Assembly: GCA_052246995.1 (NCBI GenBank) | Contig: JBQPWD010000001.1 | Coordinates: forward strand, 32,001 to 96,000 | Direction: 5' to 3' | Source: Candidatus Bathyarchaeota archaeon | GTDB taxonomy: Archaea > Thermoproteota > Bathyarchaeia > Hecatellales > Hecatellaceae | DNA: 64,000 nt | In this document: piece after piece, positions 9,309 through 19,131 of the stretch | How positions within the stretch are numbered: the stretch's first letter is position 1 | Layout of the letters: every line of letters starts with the position of its first letter | The notes under the pieces: generated by a model | Database searches by the model: none | What the model was told of the DNA's origin: nothing | What the model saw: only the letters and a program-made list of their open reading frames with translations | Translations under genes and position numbers: made by a program

Positions 9309-10841
9309 ATGGAACCTTTTCCTTGGTGGAGGGAGGAACACAAAAAGCTTGCTGAGGATGTTGAAAAGTTTGTTGAAGAGAATGGTTATATTGCTGCTGA
9401 AACTACATGGTTGAGAAAAGTTCCATGGGTCCTTATAAAAAAAATCGGTGAGAAAAGATGGTTTGGTGTTTCTGTTCCTAAGGAGTATGGTGGTTTAGGT
9501 TTAGGCATTACTGGTGCTTGTATTGTTGCTGAGGGGCTTGCAAAACTTGGAAACATCGCCCTTATTTACGATACAACAATGTTTGGTGGCGTTCATCAAA
9601 TATTGGAGTTTGGAAGTGAGGAGCAGAAGCGTAAGTGGCTTCCACGTATTGCTAGAGGTGAAATTCTAGGTGCAATAACTATAACTGAACCTTATGTTGG
9701 TTCTGATGTTGTTTCTATTGAAACTAAGGCTAAGCTTGTTGGAAATGAGTATATTGTTAATGGTAAGAAAAGGTTTATCAGTAACGCTGGAATAGCCGGA
9801 ATATATTTAGCTTATGTTAGAACAAGCGATAAGCCTGAAGATGTTGCCGCTTACAAACATCTTACAGCTTTAGTTATTGAGAAAGGTACACCTGGTTTTA
9901 CGATTGAAAAGATTAATGAGCTTTGCGGTTGGGATGGTGTGTACAACGGCTATTTAAGTTTTGATGATGCACGTGTACCTGTTGAAAACAGGCTTGGTAA
10001 CGAGGGTGATGGTTGGCAGGTTGCTGTTACAGGGTTAAACTTTGAAAGAACTTTGGGAGCTGCGTCTGCTCTTGCAGGTATAGCTGAGTGTTTAAGGTAT
10101 GCTGTTTTCCATTCTAGGAGGCGTGTACAGTTTGGTCAACCTACAAGCGAGTATCAAGCAAACCAGCTTAAAATTGCTGATATGATGATGAAGCTTAAAG
10201 CTGCAAGATTACTGGTATACTATACTGCATATCTTATTGATTCCGGACAATCTCCAATCATCGAGTCTACAGCTTCAAAGGTTCTTGTTTCGGAGATTTA
10301 TAAGGAGGTTTCTGACAATGCTATTCAAGTTATGGGTGGAGATGGTTGGACTAAGTTTTACCCTGTTGAATCTGTTTTTAGAAGCTCAAAAATCTTGGAG
10401 ATTGGTGCTGGAACAAATGAAATTCTTAGGTTGCTTGTTTACAGGCTTGGTTTAAGACTTATGGCTAACTACCTCAAACCCCCACGTAGAGTAATTCATG
10501 AGAAGCTTGGAATCCCTGTTCCTCCACAACTAGGTAAACCTAAAATACCCCGAGAACAGGTTAATGAGGATAGACTTTTAGAACTTTTAGCTGAAAACTA
10601 CAAAGTTAATCCTGGACTTTACATGGCAAGAGAGGATGTTAAGGAAGAGATGGATATAACTGATGAGCAGCTTGACATGATAACCATCTCCTTGGAGAAG
10701 AAAGGTTTAGTTAAAGTTTACAGGGATAGGCATGGTAACATTAGACTTATAAGGCCAACTTATGACGCCTTAAGAAAGACTAAACCAAGTGAATACTATA
10801 GGTGGTATCCTGAGTGGGTTGACATGAGCGAGCTCTTCTGA
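9309..10841 (+). CDS. Acyl-CoA dehydrogenase with C-terminal winged-helix-like extension
   Basis: ITEPYVGSD, NGKKRFISNA, RVQFG, QVMGGDG, EIGAGTNEI; extra ~125 aa including LEKKGLV. Confidence 0.92.
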   Translation: MEPFPWWREEHKKLAEDVEKFVEENGYIAAETTWLRKVPWVLIKKIGEKRWFGVSVPKEYGGLGLGITGACIVAEGLAKLGNIALIYDTTMFGGVHQILEFGSEEQKRKWLPRIARGEILGAITITEPYVGSDVVSIETKAKLVGNEYIVNGKKRFISNAGIAGIYLAYVRTSDKPEDVAAYKHLTALVIEKGTPGFTIEKINELCGWDGVYNGYLSFDDARVPVENRLGNEGDGWQVAVTGLNFERTLGAASALAGIAECLRYAVFHSRRRVQFGQPTSEYQANQLKIADMMMKLKAARLLVYYTAYLIDSGQSPIIESTASKVLVSEIYKEVSDNAIQVMGGDGWTKFYPVESVFRSSKILEIGAGTNEILRLLVYRLGLRLMANYLKPPRRVIHEKLGIPVPPQLGKPKIPREQVNEDRLLELLAENYKVNPGLYMAREDVKEEMDITDEQLDMITISLEKKGLVKVYRDRHGNIRLIRPTYDALRKTKPSEYYRWYPEWVDMSELF

Positions 10842-10843
10842 GG

Positions 10844-11812
10844 CTAAGCTTCACGTAGGTGAATGTCTCCAGCAACAACTCTAACAACTAAGCCATCCCT
10901 AACTTTTACAAGCAGAAATCCATCCTCATCAACATCTAAAGCTTCACCTACGAAGCTTTCTTCGTAAGATTCAACTTTAACCTTTTTACCTAACGTTTGT
11001 GATAACTTTCTCCATTCCTCAATTATTCTGGAGAATTCTCCATGCTTAAACTCTAAGTATAGTTTTTCAAATTCTTCCAAAAGTTTTACTGTAAGCTTAA
11101 CCATTGAGACTTCTTTTCCAAGTAGTTCTAGGATTGATGTTGCTGCAGTTGATAGTTCTCTTCTACCCGTAAACCTTACATTTATGTTTATTCCTATACC
11201 CACAATAACGTAGTTTACTTTATCAACATCCCCTGAAGCTTCAACAAGAATTCCACAAATTTTTTTACCTTCAATTAAAACGTCGTTAGGCCACTTTAAT
11301 TTTGCATTCAACTTGTAAAGTTTTTTTAAAGTTTTAGCAACGGCAACCCCTGCAAGCAAACTAAGCCTTTGAACTTTTGATGTTGGAATGTTTGGCTTTA
11401 ATATTATGGATAGCCATAATCCTCCTTTAGGTGAAAACCACTCACGTCCAACTCTTCCTCTTCCTCTAGTTTGTTTTTCAGCAATAACAACAGTTCCCTC
11501 CTCTAAACCAGCATCAACAAGAGTTTTAGCAACATTTTGGGTTGATTCAACCTCCTCAAAATAAAAAATCTTCTTACCAATTATTTTTGTTCTTATTTCT
11601 GATTTTATTTCTGCTGGTAATGGTTTGTTTGGTGTGCTTACAATCGTATAACCTATTTTTGGTGTACCTTGAATGTTGTATCCTTCTATTCTTAGATTTT
11701 TGATTTGCTTCCATACGGCTGCTCTTGAAAGTTTAAGTTTTTTACCTAATTCTTCTCCGGATATTTGTTTTTTTCTTTTTAGCATTTTTACTATTTTTTC
11801 TTTGATATCCAA
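10844..11812 (-). CDS. birA: Bifunctional biotin-protein ligase/repressor BirA
   Basis: N-terminal HTH (ISGEELGKKLKLSRAAVWKQI), QTRGRGRVGREW, KWPND, KICGILVE. Confidence 0.97.
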   Translation of the reverse strand: MDIKEKIVKMLKRKKQISGEELGKKLKLSRAAVWKQIKNLRIEGYNIQGTPKIGYTIVSTPNKPLPAEIKSEIRTKIIGKKIFYFEEVESTQNVAKTLVDAGLEEGTVVIAEKQTRGRGRVGREWFSPKGGLWLSIILKPNIPTSKVQRLSLLAGVAVAKTLKKLYKLNAKLKWPNDVLIEGKKICGILVEASGDVDKVNYVIVGIGININVRFTGRRELSTAATSILELLGKEVSMVKLTVKLLEEFEKLYLEFKHGEFSRIIEEWRKLSQTLGKKVKVESYEESFVGEALDVDEDGFLLVKVRDGLVVRVVAGDIHLREA

Positions 11813-11844
11813 TGTAAACCCTAAATAAATTTATAGTTGACGTT
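11811..11844. promoter_or_regulatory. BirA operator (BIO box)
   Basis: AATGTAAAC-N16-GTTGACGTT between divergent birA and bioY; fits the TGTAAAC-N14-16-GTTTACA consensus. Confidence 0.8.
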
Positions 11845-11870
11845 TGTTTAAAAGCATTAAGGGGCTTTTT

Positions 11871-12425
11871 ATGGTTTTTAAGGTGAATTCCTTAGATTTA
11901 GCTTTAGCTTCAACTTTTGCTGCTTTAACAGGTATGGGTGCATATATAATGATTCCCTTACCCTTTACACCTGTACCTGTTACGGCTCAAACATTTTTCA
12001 CCCTTTTATCAGGTGTTGTTCTTGGTGGGTTTAGAGGTTTTTTAAGTCAGATAATCTATGTTGGCTTGGGTTGTGTTGGTTTACCTGTTTTTGCTGGTGG
12101 TAAAGCTGGTTTGCCTGTTTTACTTGGACCGACTGGTGGATATCTTTTAGGTTTTATTGTTTCAGCCTACATTGTTGGTAGGCTTAACGAGCTTAGAGAA
12201 AATGTAAGTTTTGCATGGGTTTTTGCTTCAACAATCGTTGGAAACTTGGTAATCTACTTTTTTGGTCTTCTTCAACTTATGTTTTGGCTGGGGTTAACCT
12301 TTATTGAGGCGGTAGTTGTTGGTTTTTTACCATTTATTTTTGGAGATGTGGTTAAAGTTTTTCTTGCATCAGTTGTTGGTTTAAGAATTGTTAAAATTTT
12401 TCCTAACTTAGGAAAGAGAGGTTAG
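11871..12425 (+). CDS. bioY: Biotin transporter BioY
   Basis: PFTPVPVTAQT, GLPVFAGG, GPTGGYLLGF, PFIFGD; start probably ATG 11871. Confidence 0.96.
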   Translation: MVFKVNSLDLALASTFAALTGMGAYIMIPLPFTPVPVTAQTFFTLLSGVVLGGFRGFLSQIIYVGLGCVGLPVFAGGKAGLPVLLGPTGGYLLGFIVSAYIVGRLNELRENVSFAWVFASTIVGNLVIYFFGLLQLMFWLGLTFIEAVVVGFLPFIFGDVVKVFLASVVGLRIVKIFPNLGKRG

Positions 12426-12436
12426 TGTTTACCTAC

Positions 12437-12745
12437 CTAAGCTAAAATTTTACCTGTTTTTAATGCTTCCTTAACAATGCCTATTTCCTGGGATTTTCTT
12501 TTAAACTCCTCTACCGTATAGCATAGAATATCTAGTGGTTCTTTAACCCCCTCCCTGTACAATATCCTTAACACGTTAGCTGGTCTTTCAACAAATTCTA
12601 CATCCTTAAACCTGTTTGAGACAACTATAAGGTCTATATCTGAATCTGTTAAGTATTCTCCACTTACCCTAGAGCCAAAAAGCAGGATAAGCGCATCAGG
12701 GTAGTGTTTTTTGATGATTTTTGCAATTTCTTCGGGGGAGGTCAT
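12437..12745 (-). CDS. Minimal nucleotidyltransferase (MNT) antitoxin
   Basis: LFGSRVSG...SDIDLIVV; overlaps the HEPN gene. Confidence 0.92.
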   Translation of the reverse strand: MTSPEEIAKIIKKHYPDALILLFGSRVSGEYLTDSDIDLIVVSNRFKDVEFVERPANVLRILYREGVKEPLDILCYTVEEFKRKSQEIGIVKEALKTGKILA

Positions 12746-13140
12746 CTTTCTTCAAGCCTTCCCTTACAGTATTCAATTATGCGTAAAGCTTTCTCATATC
12801 TCTCCTTTGCTATTCTTTCGTTGTACATCTGGGCCGGAACACCGTTTGCCGCATCTGGATATCTTGAAACAACATATTCTGGGTTAAGCTCTATGGCTGC
12901 ATCTACTATTTCCTCGTTAACAATGTTTAAACCCTCTAAAATTTCTAGAAGGTTATGGGTTTTAGGGCTAATTTCTCTTTTTAGGTGGATGAAAACTGCT
13001 TTTAAAGCTTTTTCAGCAGCTTGATGGGAAAAAAAGGCTGAAGCATAATATCTGCGAGTTTCCAGCATTATCTTGGCTGTTTCCAGGTCTTCAAGGGCTT
13101 GAAGCCAAAGTCTACGAACTTCCTCTCTCATAAAAACCAC
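12742..13140 (-). CDS. HEPN-domain protein (HEPN-MNT toxin-antitoxin pair)
   Basis: QALEDLETA, HQAAEKALKA, KTHNL, SRYPD. Confidence 0.93.
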   Translation of the reverse strand: MVFMREEVRRLWLQALEDLETAKIMLETRRYYASAFFSHQAAEKALKAVFIHLKREISPKTHNLLEILEGLNIVNEEIVDAAIELNPEYVVSRYPDAANGVPAQMYNERIAKERYEKALRIIEYCKGRLEER

Positions 13141-13240
13141 GTAGGGTGGTGTTAATGTAAAACAATCAACCGTCTTTTATAAGTATCTTCCAGGTTTTAA
13201 GGTTAAAGTAAAATGGTTGTTTGCCTCATTGGGTGGGTAT

Positions 13241-13903
13241 TTATGTTTTTTGTATGATTTTTTGTGTTTCTCTTTTAATTGGTATTACCTTTTTTATTAT
13301 ATGCCCACAGCACATTCTTTTAGCATAAATTATGAAGCTTTTTCCATCTTCACTTATTTTCTCAACAATTTTTGATGGGCTTTCTCTGTCACATTTTGGG
13401 CATTTACTGTTGCATATTTTTGTCTTTTCTTTTAGTATCTTGTATCCTATGTTTAGGGCTAGGTCTGTTTCCCCTAAATCTATTCCACCCTCAAGTTGCC
13501 ATTGGCTTAAAATTTTTAACGCGTATTTTTTTGTTTGGTTTAGGTTTCTAATTTTATCGAGGGTTTTTAATGCTGAATCTACCGCCCTACATGAGCTTGC
13601 AATTAATGTAAATTTTGTGTTTTGAGGGTTTGAAACAACTTCAAAATCTTCTCCTTTAACAAGTTTTCTTTTTTCTAGGAGAATTGTTAGTGTGGATACT
13701 TCGAAAAGGTTTAAGTCGTCTATTATTGTAAAGTTTTGAGGGTTTGGTAAGTCTATTAAGACTAATTGATTTTTTGTTAAAGCTTTTCCAACATTTTCAA
13801 GCTTAGCTGGGTCTATTTTTAATGTTAAAAGCGTGAGAAACCTAAATCTTTTATCTACCTTTTTTTCTACGTCTTCATTAAGCATGCTTTTAACCTTCAA
13901 CAA
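13241..13903 (-). CDS. Hypothetical protein with C-terminal Cys cluster
   Basis: 220-aa ORF; CNSKCPKC...MCCGH. Confidence 0.7.
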   Translation of the reverse strand: MLKVKSMLNEDVEKKVDKRFRFLTLLTLKIDPAKLENVGKALTKNQLVLIDLPNPQNFTIIDDLNLFEVSTLTILLEKRKLVKGEDFEVVSNPQNTKFTLIASSCRAVDSALKTLDKIRNLNQTKKYALKILSQWQLEGGIDLGETDLALNIGYKILKEKTKICNSKCPKCDRESPSKIVEKISEDGKSFIIYAKRMCCGHIIKKVIPIKRETQKIIQKT

Positions 13904-13985
13904 AATAATGATGTTAAGGTTATTTTAGTTTTTCTTAGATGTTTATGGCTAATAAGCCATTAAGCCGATAAATTTTCCACTTGAT

Positions 13986-14109
13986 AAGGTAAACTTAGAT
14001 CATCTTAGGTTTGCGGTTTTGTTAATGTAACTTATTTCTCCTCGGAATATTTACCAAATCTTAACTTATCACGTACTTCTAAACCTAACTCAATGAGTAA
14101 GTTTACCTT
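13986..14109. repeat. Long imperfect inverted repeat / stem-loop
   Basis: AAGGTAAACTTA (13986-13997) / TAAGTTTACCTT (14098-14109), with inner TTAGGTTT / AAACCTAA. Confidence 0.55.
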
Positions 14110-14253
14110 TAAAGATTTCTTAATGAAACAACGAAATAGTGAAGGGAAAGGTCTATATGTATATTAAACACCACATAACTTACGTGGAAAATTTCCACAG
14201 CTCTCTACAAAGCTCAACTTTCAGAAGAATAAAGGTAAAGGCGAAAAAAATAA

Positions 14254-14895
14254 ATGCCGTATAAGTTTAATTTTGACCTAACAAAAGTTTCAAGCAAACT
14301 TTTTAGAGAGATGGTTAAAGTAGCATATGAAAAAGGGGCTCATAGAAGGATATCCTATTTAGCAAGGAACCTAATAAAAAAGCTTAAAATAGACCAGCTA
14401 ACAGGTCTTCAATTTTCAGAGGCGCTTCAGCTAGTAGAAGACTTGGTAGATATCTACCTTCTTAACGCAATCCAAAAAGAAAAATTTGAAAAAACAAGAA
14501 AAAGAGTACTATTCTTACCGCATTGTGCAAGAAAGTACATGGATGGTAGATGTAAATCAGTTTTTAAACCAGAAGTACCAACCTACATCTGCCAAAATTG
14601 CTCAGTAAACTGTCTAGTAAACCAAGCATTAAGCTACGCTCAAAAAATGGATTATGACACATACATCGTTGCAGGAGGCTCATGTATACCTCAAATCCTA
14701 AGAAAAAACAGATACGAAGGTGTTGTAGGTGTAGCATGCAGTGAAGAACTAAAATTAGCAGAAAACTACATAAAAACGTTTAACATACCTGGTCAAGCAG
14801 TACCCCTAATAAGAAACGGATGCTCAGAAACAAAATTCAGCTTGGAAGAGCTAATAGAAATCCTAAAAATGGGAAAACAGGACGTTACAATTTAA
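14254..14895 (+). CDS. DUF116-family protein
   Basis: LFLPHCAR...C...CQNCSVNC...VAGGS...VGVACSEEL...PLIRNGCSET. Confidence 0.88.
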   Translation: MPYKFNFDLTKVSSKLFREMVKVAYEKGAHRRISYLARNLIKKLKIDQLTGLQFSEALQLVEDLVDIYLLNAIQKEKFEKTRKRVLFLPHCARKYMDGRCKSVFKPEVPTYICQNCSVNCLVNQALSYAQKMDYDTYIVAGGSCIPQILRKNRYEGVVGVACSEELKLAENYIKTFNIPGQAVPLIRNGCSETKFSLEELIEILKMGKQDVTI

Positions 14896-15023
14896 GCTAA
14901 AATTTTAAAGTTTATTTTACATCATTAAATCTCCCTATTTTGCTCAATGTTATGTTTTAACATTCCAAAGCATTAAATTCGTGGAAAAACTTTTATACGT
15001 CAAGCCAGCTTGGGTGTGTAGCT

Positions 15024-16244
15024 TTGTCTGAAGGACTACCTTTTAAGTTTTTGGTATCTTATGAAGAGGCTTTAAAAATTATTCTGGATAACGTAACACC
15101 CGTTAAGGAAAAGGAGAAGGTTAGTATTGAAGAGCTAGCTGGTAGGGTCTTAGCTGAGGATGTAGAGGCTGACATTTCTATACCTCCCTTTAACAGAGCT
15201 GCAATGGATGGTTATGCTGTTAAGGCTGAAGATACCTACGGGGCAACCCAAACCAAACCTAGAAGATTAAGGCTTATAGGTGTTTTAACTGCTGGTAGCC
15301 GGGTAGATAAGGTTGTTGGAAAGGGTGAATGTGTTGAAATTACAACAGGCTCACCCATACCTGATGGTGCTGATGCTGTTGTTATGCTTGAATTTACAGA
15401 AAAAATTGGCGAGGAAGTTCATGTTTTTAAGCCTGTTTATCCTGGAGCAAACATTTCTTTTATGGGTGAAGATGTTAAAAAAGGTGAGCTTGTTTTAAGA
15501 GATGGTGAATTTTTAACACCTGCAAAGGTTGGGGTTTTAGCATCCCTTGGTAGAAAGGAGGCTTACGTTTACAGGAAACCTAAAGTAGCCATAGTTCCCA
15601 CCGGTGCGGAGGTTAAGGAGCCAGGTTCCAAGTTAAACGAGGGAGAAATCTACGATATAAACTCCTACACCTTAATCTCCACCCTCAGCCAGAATGGTGT
15701 TATACCTAAAAGGTTTCCACCCGCTCCAGATGTTTTTGATAAGCTAAGCAGGATTGTTAAAAGCTTAGCTGAAGAATATGATATGCTGGTTTTTTCCGGC
15801 GGAAGCTCTGTTGGTAAATATGACCTTCTAGCACAGGTTGTTGAAGAATTTGGAAAAATACTTTTTCATGGTGTTCAGATTAAACCTGGTAAGCCAACAT
15901 TGTTTGGGTTGGTAAACGGGAAACCTGTTTTCGGCATGCCAGGTTACCCAACATCTTGTCTTAGCAACGCATACCTGATGCTTATACCTGCTGTTCGGAA
16001 AATGGCAAGATTACCGCCTAAAACTAGGAAAACTGTTAAAGTAAAAATTTCTCAAAGAATTGTTTCAGGTTCTGGTCGTGCACAATTCCTTCCAGTTAAA
16101 ATTAAGGATGGTAAAGCTATTCCAGTTTTTAAGGAGTCAGGAGCCATTACAAGCATGGCTGACGCTGATGGTTATATTCTTCTACCAACAAACCTTGACG
16201 TTTTAGAAGCTGGAGAAGAAGTTGAAGTTACATTGTTAGATTAA
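15024..16244 (+). CDS. moeA: Molybdopterin molybdenumtransferase MoeA
   Basis: GRVLAED, PPFNRAAMDGYAV, GADAVVMLE, SGGSSVG, KPGKPT, GMPGYPTS. Confidence 0.96.
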   Translation: MSEGLPFKFLVSYEEALKIILDNVTPVKEKEKVSIEELAGRVLAEDVEADISIPPFNRAAMDGYAVKAEDTYGATQTKPRRLRLIGVLTAGSRVDKVVGKGECVEITTGSPIPDGADAVVMLEFTEKIGEEVHVFKPVYPGANISFMGEDVKKGELVLRDGEFLTPAKVGVLASLGRKEAYVYRKPKVAIVPTGAEVKEPGSKLNEGEIYDINSYTLISTLSQNGVIPKRFPPAPDVFDKLSRIVKSLAEEYDMLVFSGGSSVGKYDLLAQVVEEFGKILFHGVQIKPGKPTLFGLVNGKPVFGMPGYPTSCLSNAYLMLIPAVRKMARLPPKTRKTVKVKISQRIVSGSGRAQFLPVKIKDGKAIPVFKESGAITSMADADGYILLPTNLDVLEAGEEVEVTLLD

Positions 16245-16753
16245 GCATTAAGCTAGATAACAGTCCTACAAGAATAGACAAGCACTAAGCTTAATTTCCT
16301 TTTTCTAAACAGCTTATAATCCCAGCCATTTTACATAGTATTTAAATTTTTAAATCTAAAATTCAGTTTAGGCTTTCTCTGCAAACCTGTTAAAGTTGAA
16401 CGTGACAGATTAGGTTTGTTTATGTGAAGAATGTTTGAAGATTTTTGGTGTTAATTCCGTTAAACCTATCAACTTTCAACCAGCTAACCAAGAAAGTTAA
16501 AGACATAAAAACACGTTTTTAGCTGGGAAAAAGGGGAAAAGGGGAAAAAAAGCTTCGTTAAGAAAAAGCCACAATACTTGAGGAGTTTAGCAAAAAAAGC
16601 TTAAACCTCTATTTAACTTTTTCAACTTAACTCTTACAGCAATGTTTAAAATTTCCAATCATAAAACTAAAACTCTAGATTAGAGCCAAAAGCAACTAAA
16701 ATTAATATACTCTAAGCTAATACTAGTTAGACGCGATTTTAAGGTTTTTCGGG

Positions 16754-19129
16754 GTGGTTAATTTCATGGAGATAAGAAAGGGCCCTGTTAAGCTTCAAGT
16801 TAAAGACCTAAGAACAGGCACAATTCAGGCAAAAGACCTTGAAGTGATGATAGGTAAGCTTGCAATGGAAGAAGAATGGGAACCTCAGGGACCAACACCA
16901 TTTCCAGGAATATACACACTTAGAAACTGGGATCATAAGCTTTTAACCCGTTACAAGCCATTCTATGCGCCTTTTTGTGACATGTGTTGTTTATGTACAT
17001 ATGGTAAATGTGATTTAACCGCTGGAAAACGTGGTGCATGTGGAATAGACATTAAAACCCAGCAAGCAAGGATAGTTTTACTTGCATGTTGTATAGGTGC
17101 TTCATGCCATACAGGACATGCCCGCCACATGGTGGAACATTTACTTAGAAAGTATGGTGAAGATTACCCAATAAATCTTGGAGGAGAAATCGAGTGTGAA
17201 ATGCCTCATGCAAGGCTTGTATGTGGAATAAAACCTAAAACAATAGGCGATTTAAGTTATATTTTAAACTACTGTGAGGAGCAGATTGTTCACTGTCTTT
17301 CTGCAACCCATACAGGTCAGGAGGGAAGCTACATAGATTTTGAATCAAAATCTCTTCATGTAGGTATGATTGACCATGTGGCCATGGAAGTTGCTGATGT
17401 AGCTCAAATAGTTACATTTAACTTTCCTAAAGGTGACCCTAACGCACCGCTTACAGAAGTTGGAGCTGGATGTGTAGATATAAATAAACCTCTAGTTTTA
17501 TGTATAGGTCATAATGTTGCATCAGGAGTAGAAATCATAGATTATATGCGTAAAAACAATCTGGGGCTTCCAGGACAAACATTGGAGGTTGCAGGTTTAT
17601 GTTGCACCGCTCATGATATAACAAGGTATTGTGAGGAAGCAAAAATTATTGGGCCTATGTCCCATGAGCTTAGATTTATCCGTAGCGGGATTGCTGATTG
17701 TATAGTTGTCGACGAACAATGCATTAGAACTGATGTTGTTGAGGAGGCTTGGCTTACAAAAACACCAGTTATTGCTTCAAACGATAAAGCTTTCTACGGC
17801 CTCCCAGACTTAACAGAAGAACCTGTAGAAGTTATAGTTAACAAGCTGGTTAACAGGGAGATTAAAGGTGCTTTAATATACGATCCGGAAAAAGTTGGTG
17901 CGGTTGCAACTTTAACAGCTTTAAGGATGCATCCAGTACGTAAAAAGTTTAAGGCTATTCCAGATTTAAACCAAATTAAGGATGTAGCCTCAAAATGCAC
18001 ACTCTGTGGTAGATGTCGTAGAAACTGTCCATGGGGTCTTTCAACAGATGAGGCTATAAATGCCGCTGCGCATGGTAATATAGAGCCTCTTGTCAAGCTT
18101 TACGATTACTGTGTTGGTTGTGGTAGATGTGAGGAAGCGTGTCCTCAACGCATCCCCGTTCACAGCCTGATTGTTGCTGCCGCTGACCGCAAATTTAAAA
18201 CTGAAAAATTCAAGATTAGGGTTGGACGTGGACCAATTTTAGATACCGAGATCAGGGAAGTCGGCTCCCCAATTGTCCTTGGAGAGATTCCTGGTGTTGT
18301 TGCCTATGTTGGCTGTGCAAACTGGCCTTCCCCAATGCAGGATGTTGGAAGAATGGCTTATGAGTTTGCGCGTAGAGGGTACATCGTTACAGCTAGTGGA
18401 TGTTCAGCCATGGCAATGGCATTCTATAAAGATGAAGAAGGACGTTCACCCTACGAAGCCTTCCCAGGAGAATTTAATCGTGGTGGTATTGTAAATGTTG
18501 GCTCATGCGTGGCCAACTCCCACATTACTGGCGCAGCAATAAAGATTGCAAACATTTTTGCTAGAAGAAGGCTTAGAGGAAATTATGAGGAAATAGCTGA
18601 TTACGTACTTCATAGGGTTGGTGCTTGTGGTGTTGCATGGGGTGCTATGAGCCAGAAGGCAGCATCCATAGCTACAGGATGTAATAGGCTTGGCATTCCA
18701 GTAATTATTGGTCCTCAAGGCTCAAAGTATAGGAGACTTTACCTTGGTAGAATTGAGGATAAAGAAAGTTTTAGCACGTTGGATGCACGTACAGGCCAGA
18801 AAGTATTTATTGGTCCAGCACCCGAACACCTAGTTTACATTGCTGAAACAATTGAAGAATGTATGGTTTGGACAGCAAAACTTTGTTTACGTCCAAACGA
18901 TACAACCAAGGGTAGAATGATTAAGCTAACCCATTATGTTGAACTTTACAAACGCTTTTACGGTAGACTTCCAAAAGACTTGCCCATGCTTGTTAGAACA
19001 GAAGCGGATATTCCAATAACCTTTAAGGATGAAGTTTTAGAATTTTTGAAGGCTGAAGGCTGGGAACCTCATCCTCAACCATCAATAGACCCAACACTGC
19101 TGGAGAGGCTTGTAAGGGTAAAGGTTTAG
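16754..19129 (+). CDS. cdhA: CODH/acetyl-CoA synthase complex alpha subunit
   Basis: CDMCCLCTYGKC, GLCCTAHD, two ferredoxin motifs, GSCVANSH, WGAMSQKA. Confidence 0.98.
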   Translation: MVNFMEIRKGPVKLQVKDLRTGTIQAKDLEVMIGKLAMEEEWEPQGPTPFPGIYTLRNWDHKLLTRYKPFYAPFCDMCCLCTYGKCDLTAGKRGACGIDIKTQQARIVLLACCIGASCHTGHARHMVEHLLRKYGEDYPINLGGEIECEMPHARLVCGIKPKTIGDLSYILNYCEEQIVHCLSATHTGQEGSYIDFESKSLHVGMIDHVAMEVADVAQIVTFNFPKGDPNAPLTEVGAGCVDINKPLVLCIGHNVASGVEIIDYMRKNNLGLPGQTLEVAGLCCTAHDITRYCEEAKIIGPMSHELRFIRSGIADCIVVDEQCIRTDVVEEAWLTKTPVIASNDKAFYGLPDLTEEPVEVIVNKLVNREIKGALIYDPEKVGAVATLTALRMHPVRKKFKAIPDLNQIKDVASKCTLCGRCRRNCPWGLSTDEAINAAAHGNIEPLVKLYDYCVGCGRCEEACPQRIPVHSLIVAAADRKFKTEKFKIRVGRGPILDTEIREVGSPIVLGEIPGVVAYVGCANWPSPMQDVGRMAYEFARRGYIVTASGCSAMAMAFYKDEEGRSPYEAFPGEFNRGGIVNVGSCVANSHITGAAIKIANIFARRRLRGNYEEIADYVLHRVGACGVAWGAMSQKAASIATGCNRLGIPVIIGPQGSKYRRLYLGRIEDKESFSTLDARTGQKVFIGPAPEHLVYIAETIEECMVWTAKLCLRPNDTTKGRMIKLTHYVELYKRFYGRLPKDLPMLVRTEADIPITFKDEVLEFLKAEGWEPHPQPSIDPTLLERLVRVKV

Positions 19130-19131
19130 AG

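Noticed and set aside
16526-16551. GGGAAAAAGGGGAAAAGGGGAAAAAAA purine tract as a G-quadruplex or tandem repeat
   Set aside because: Only three G-runs; low complexity with no further support
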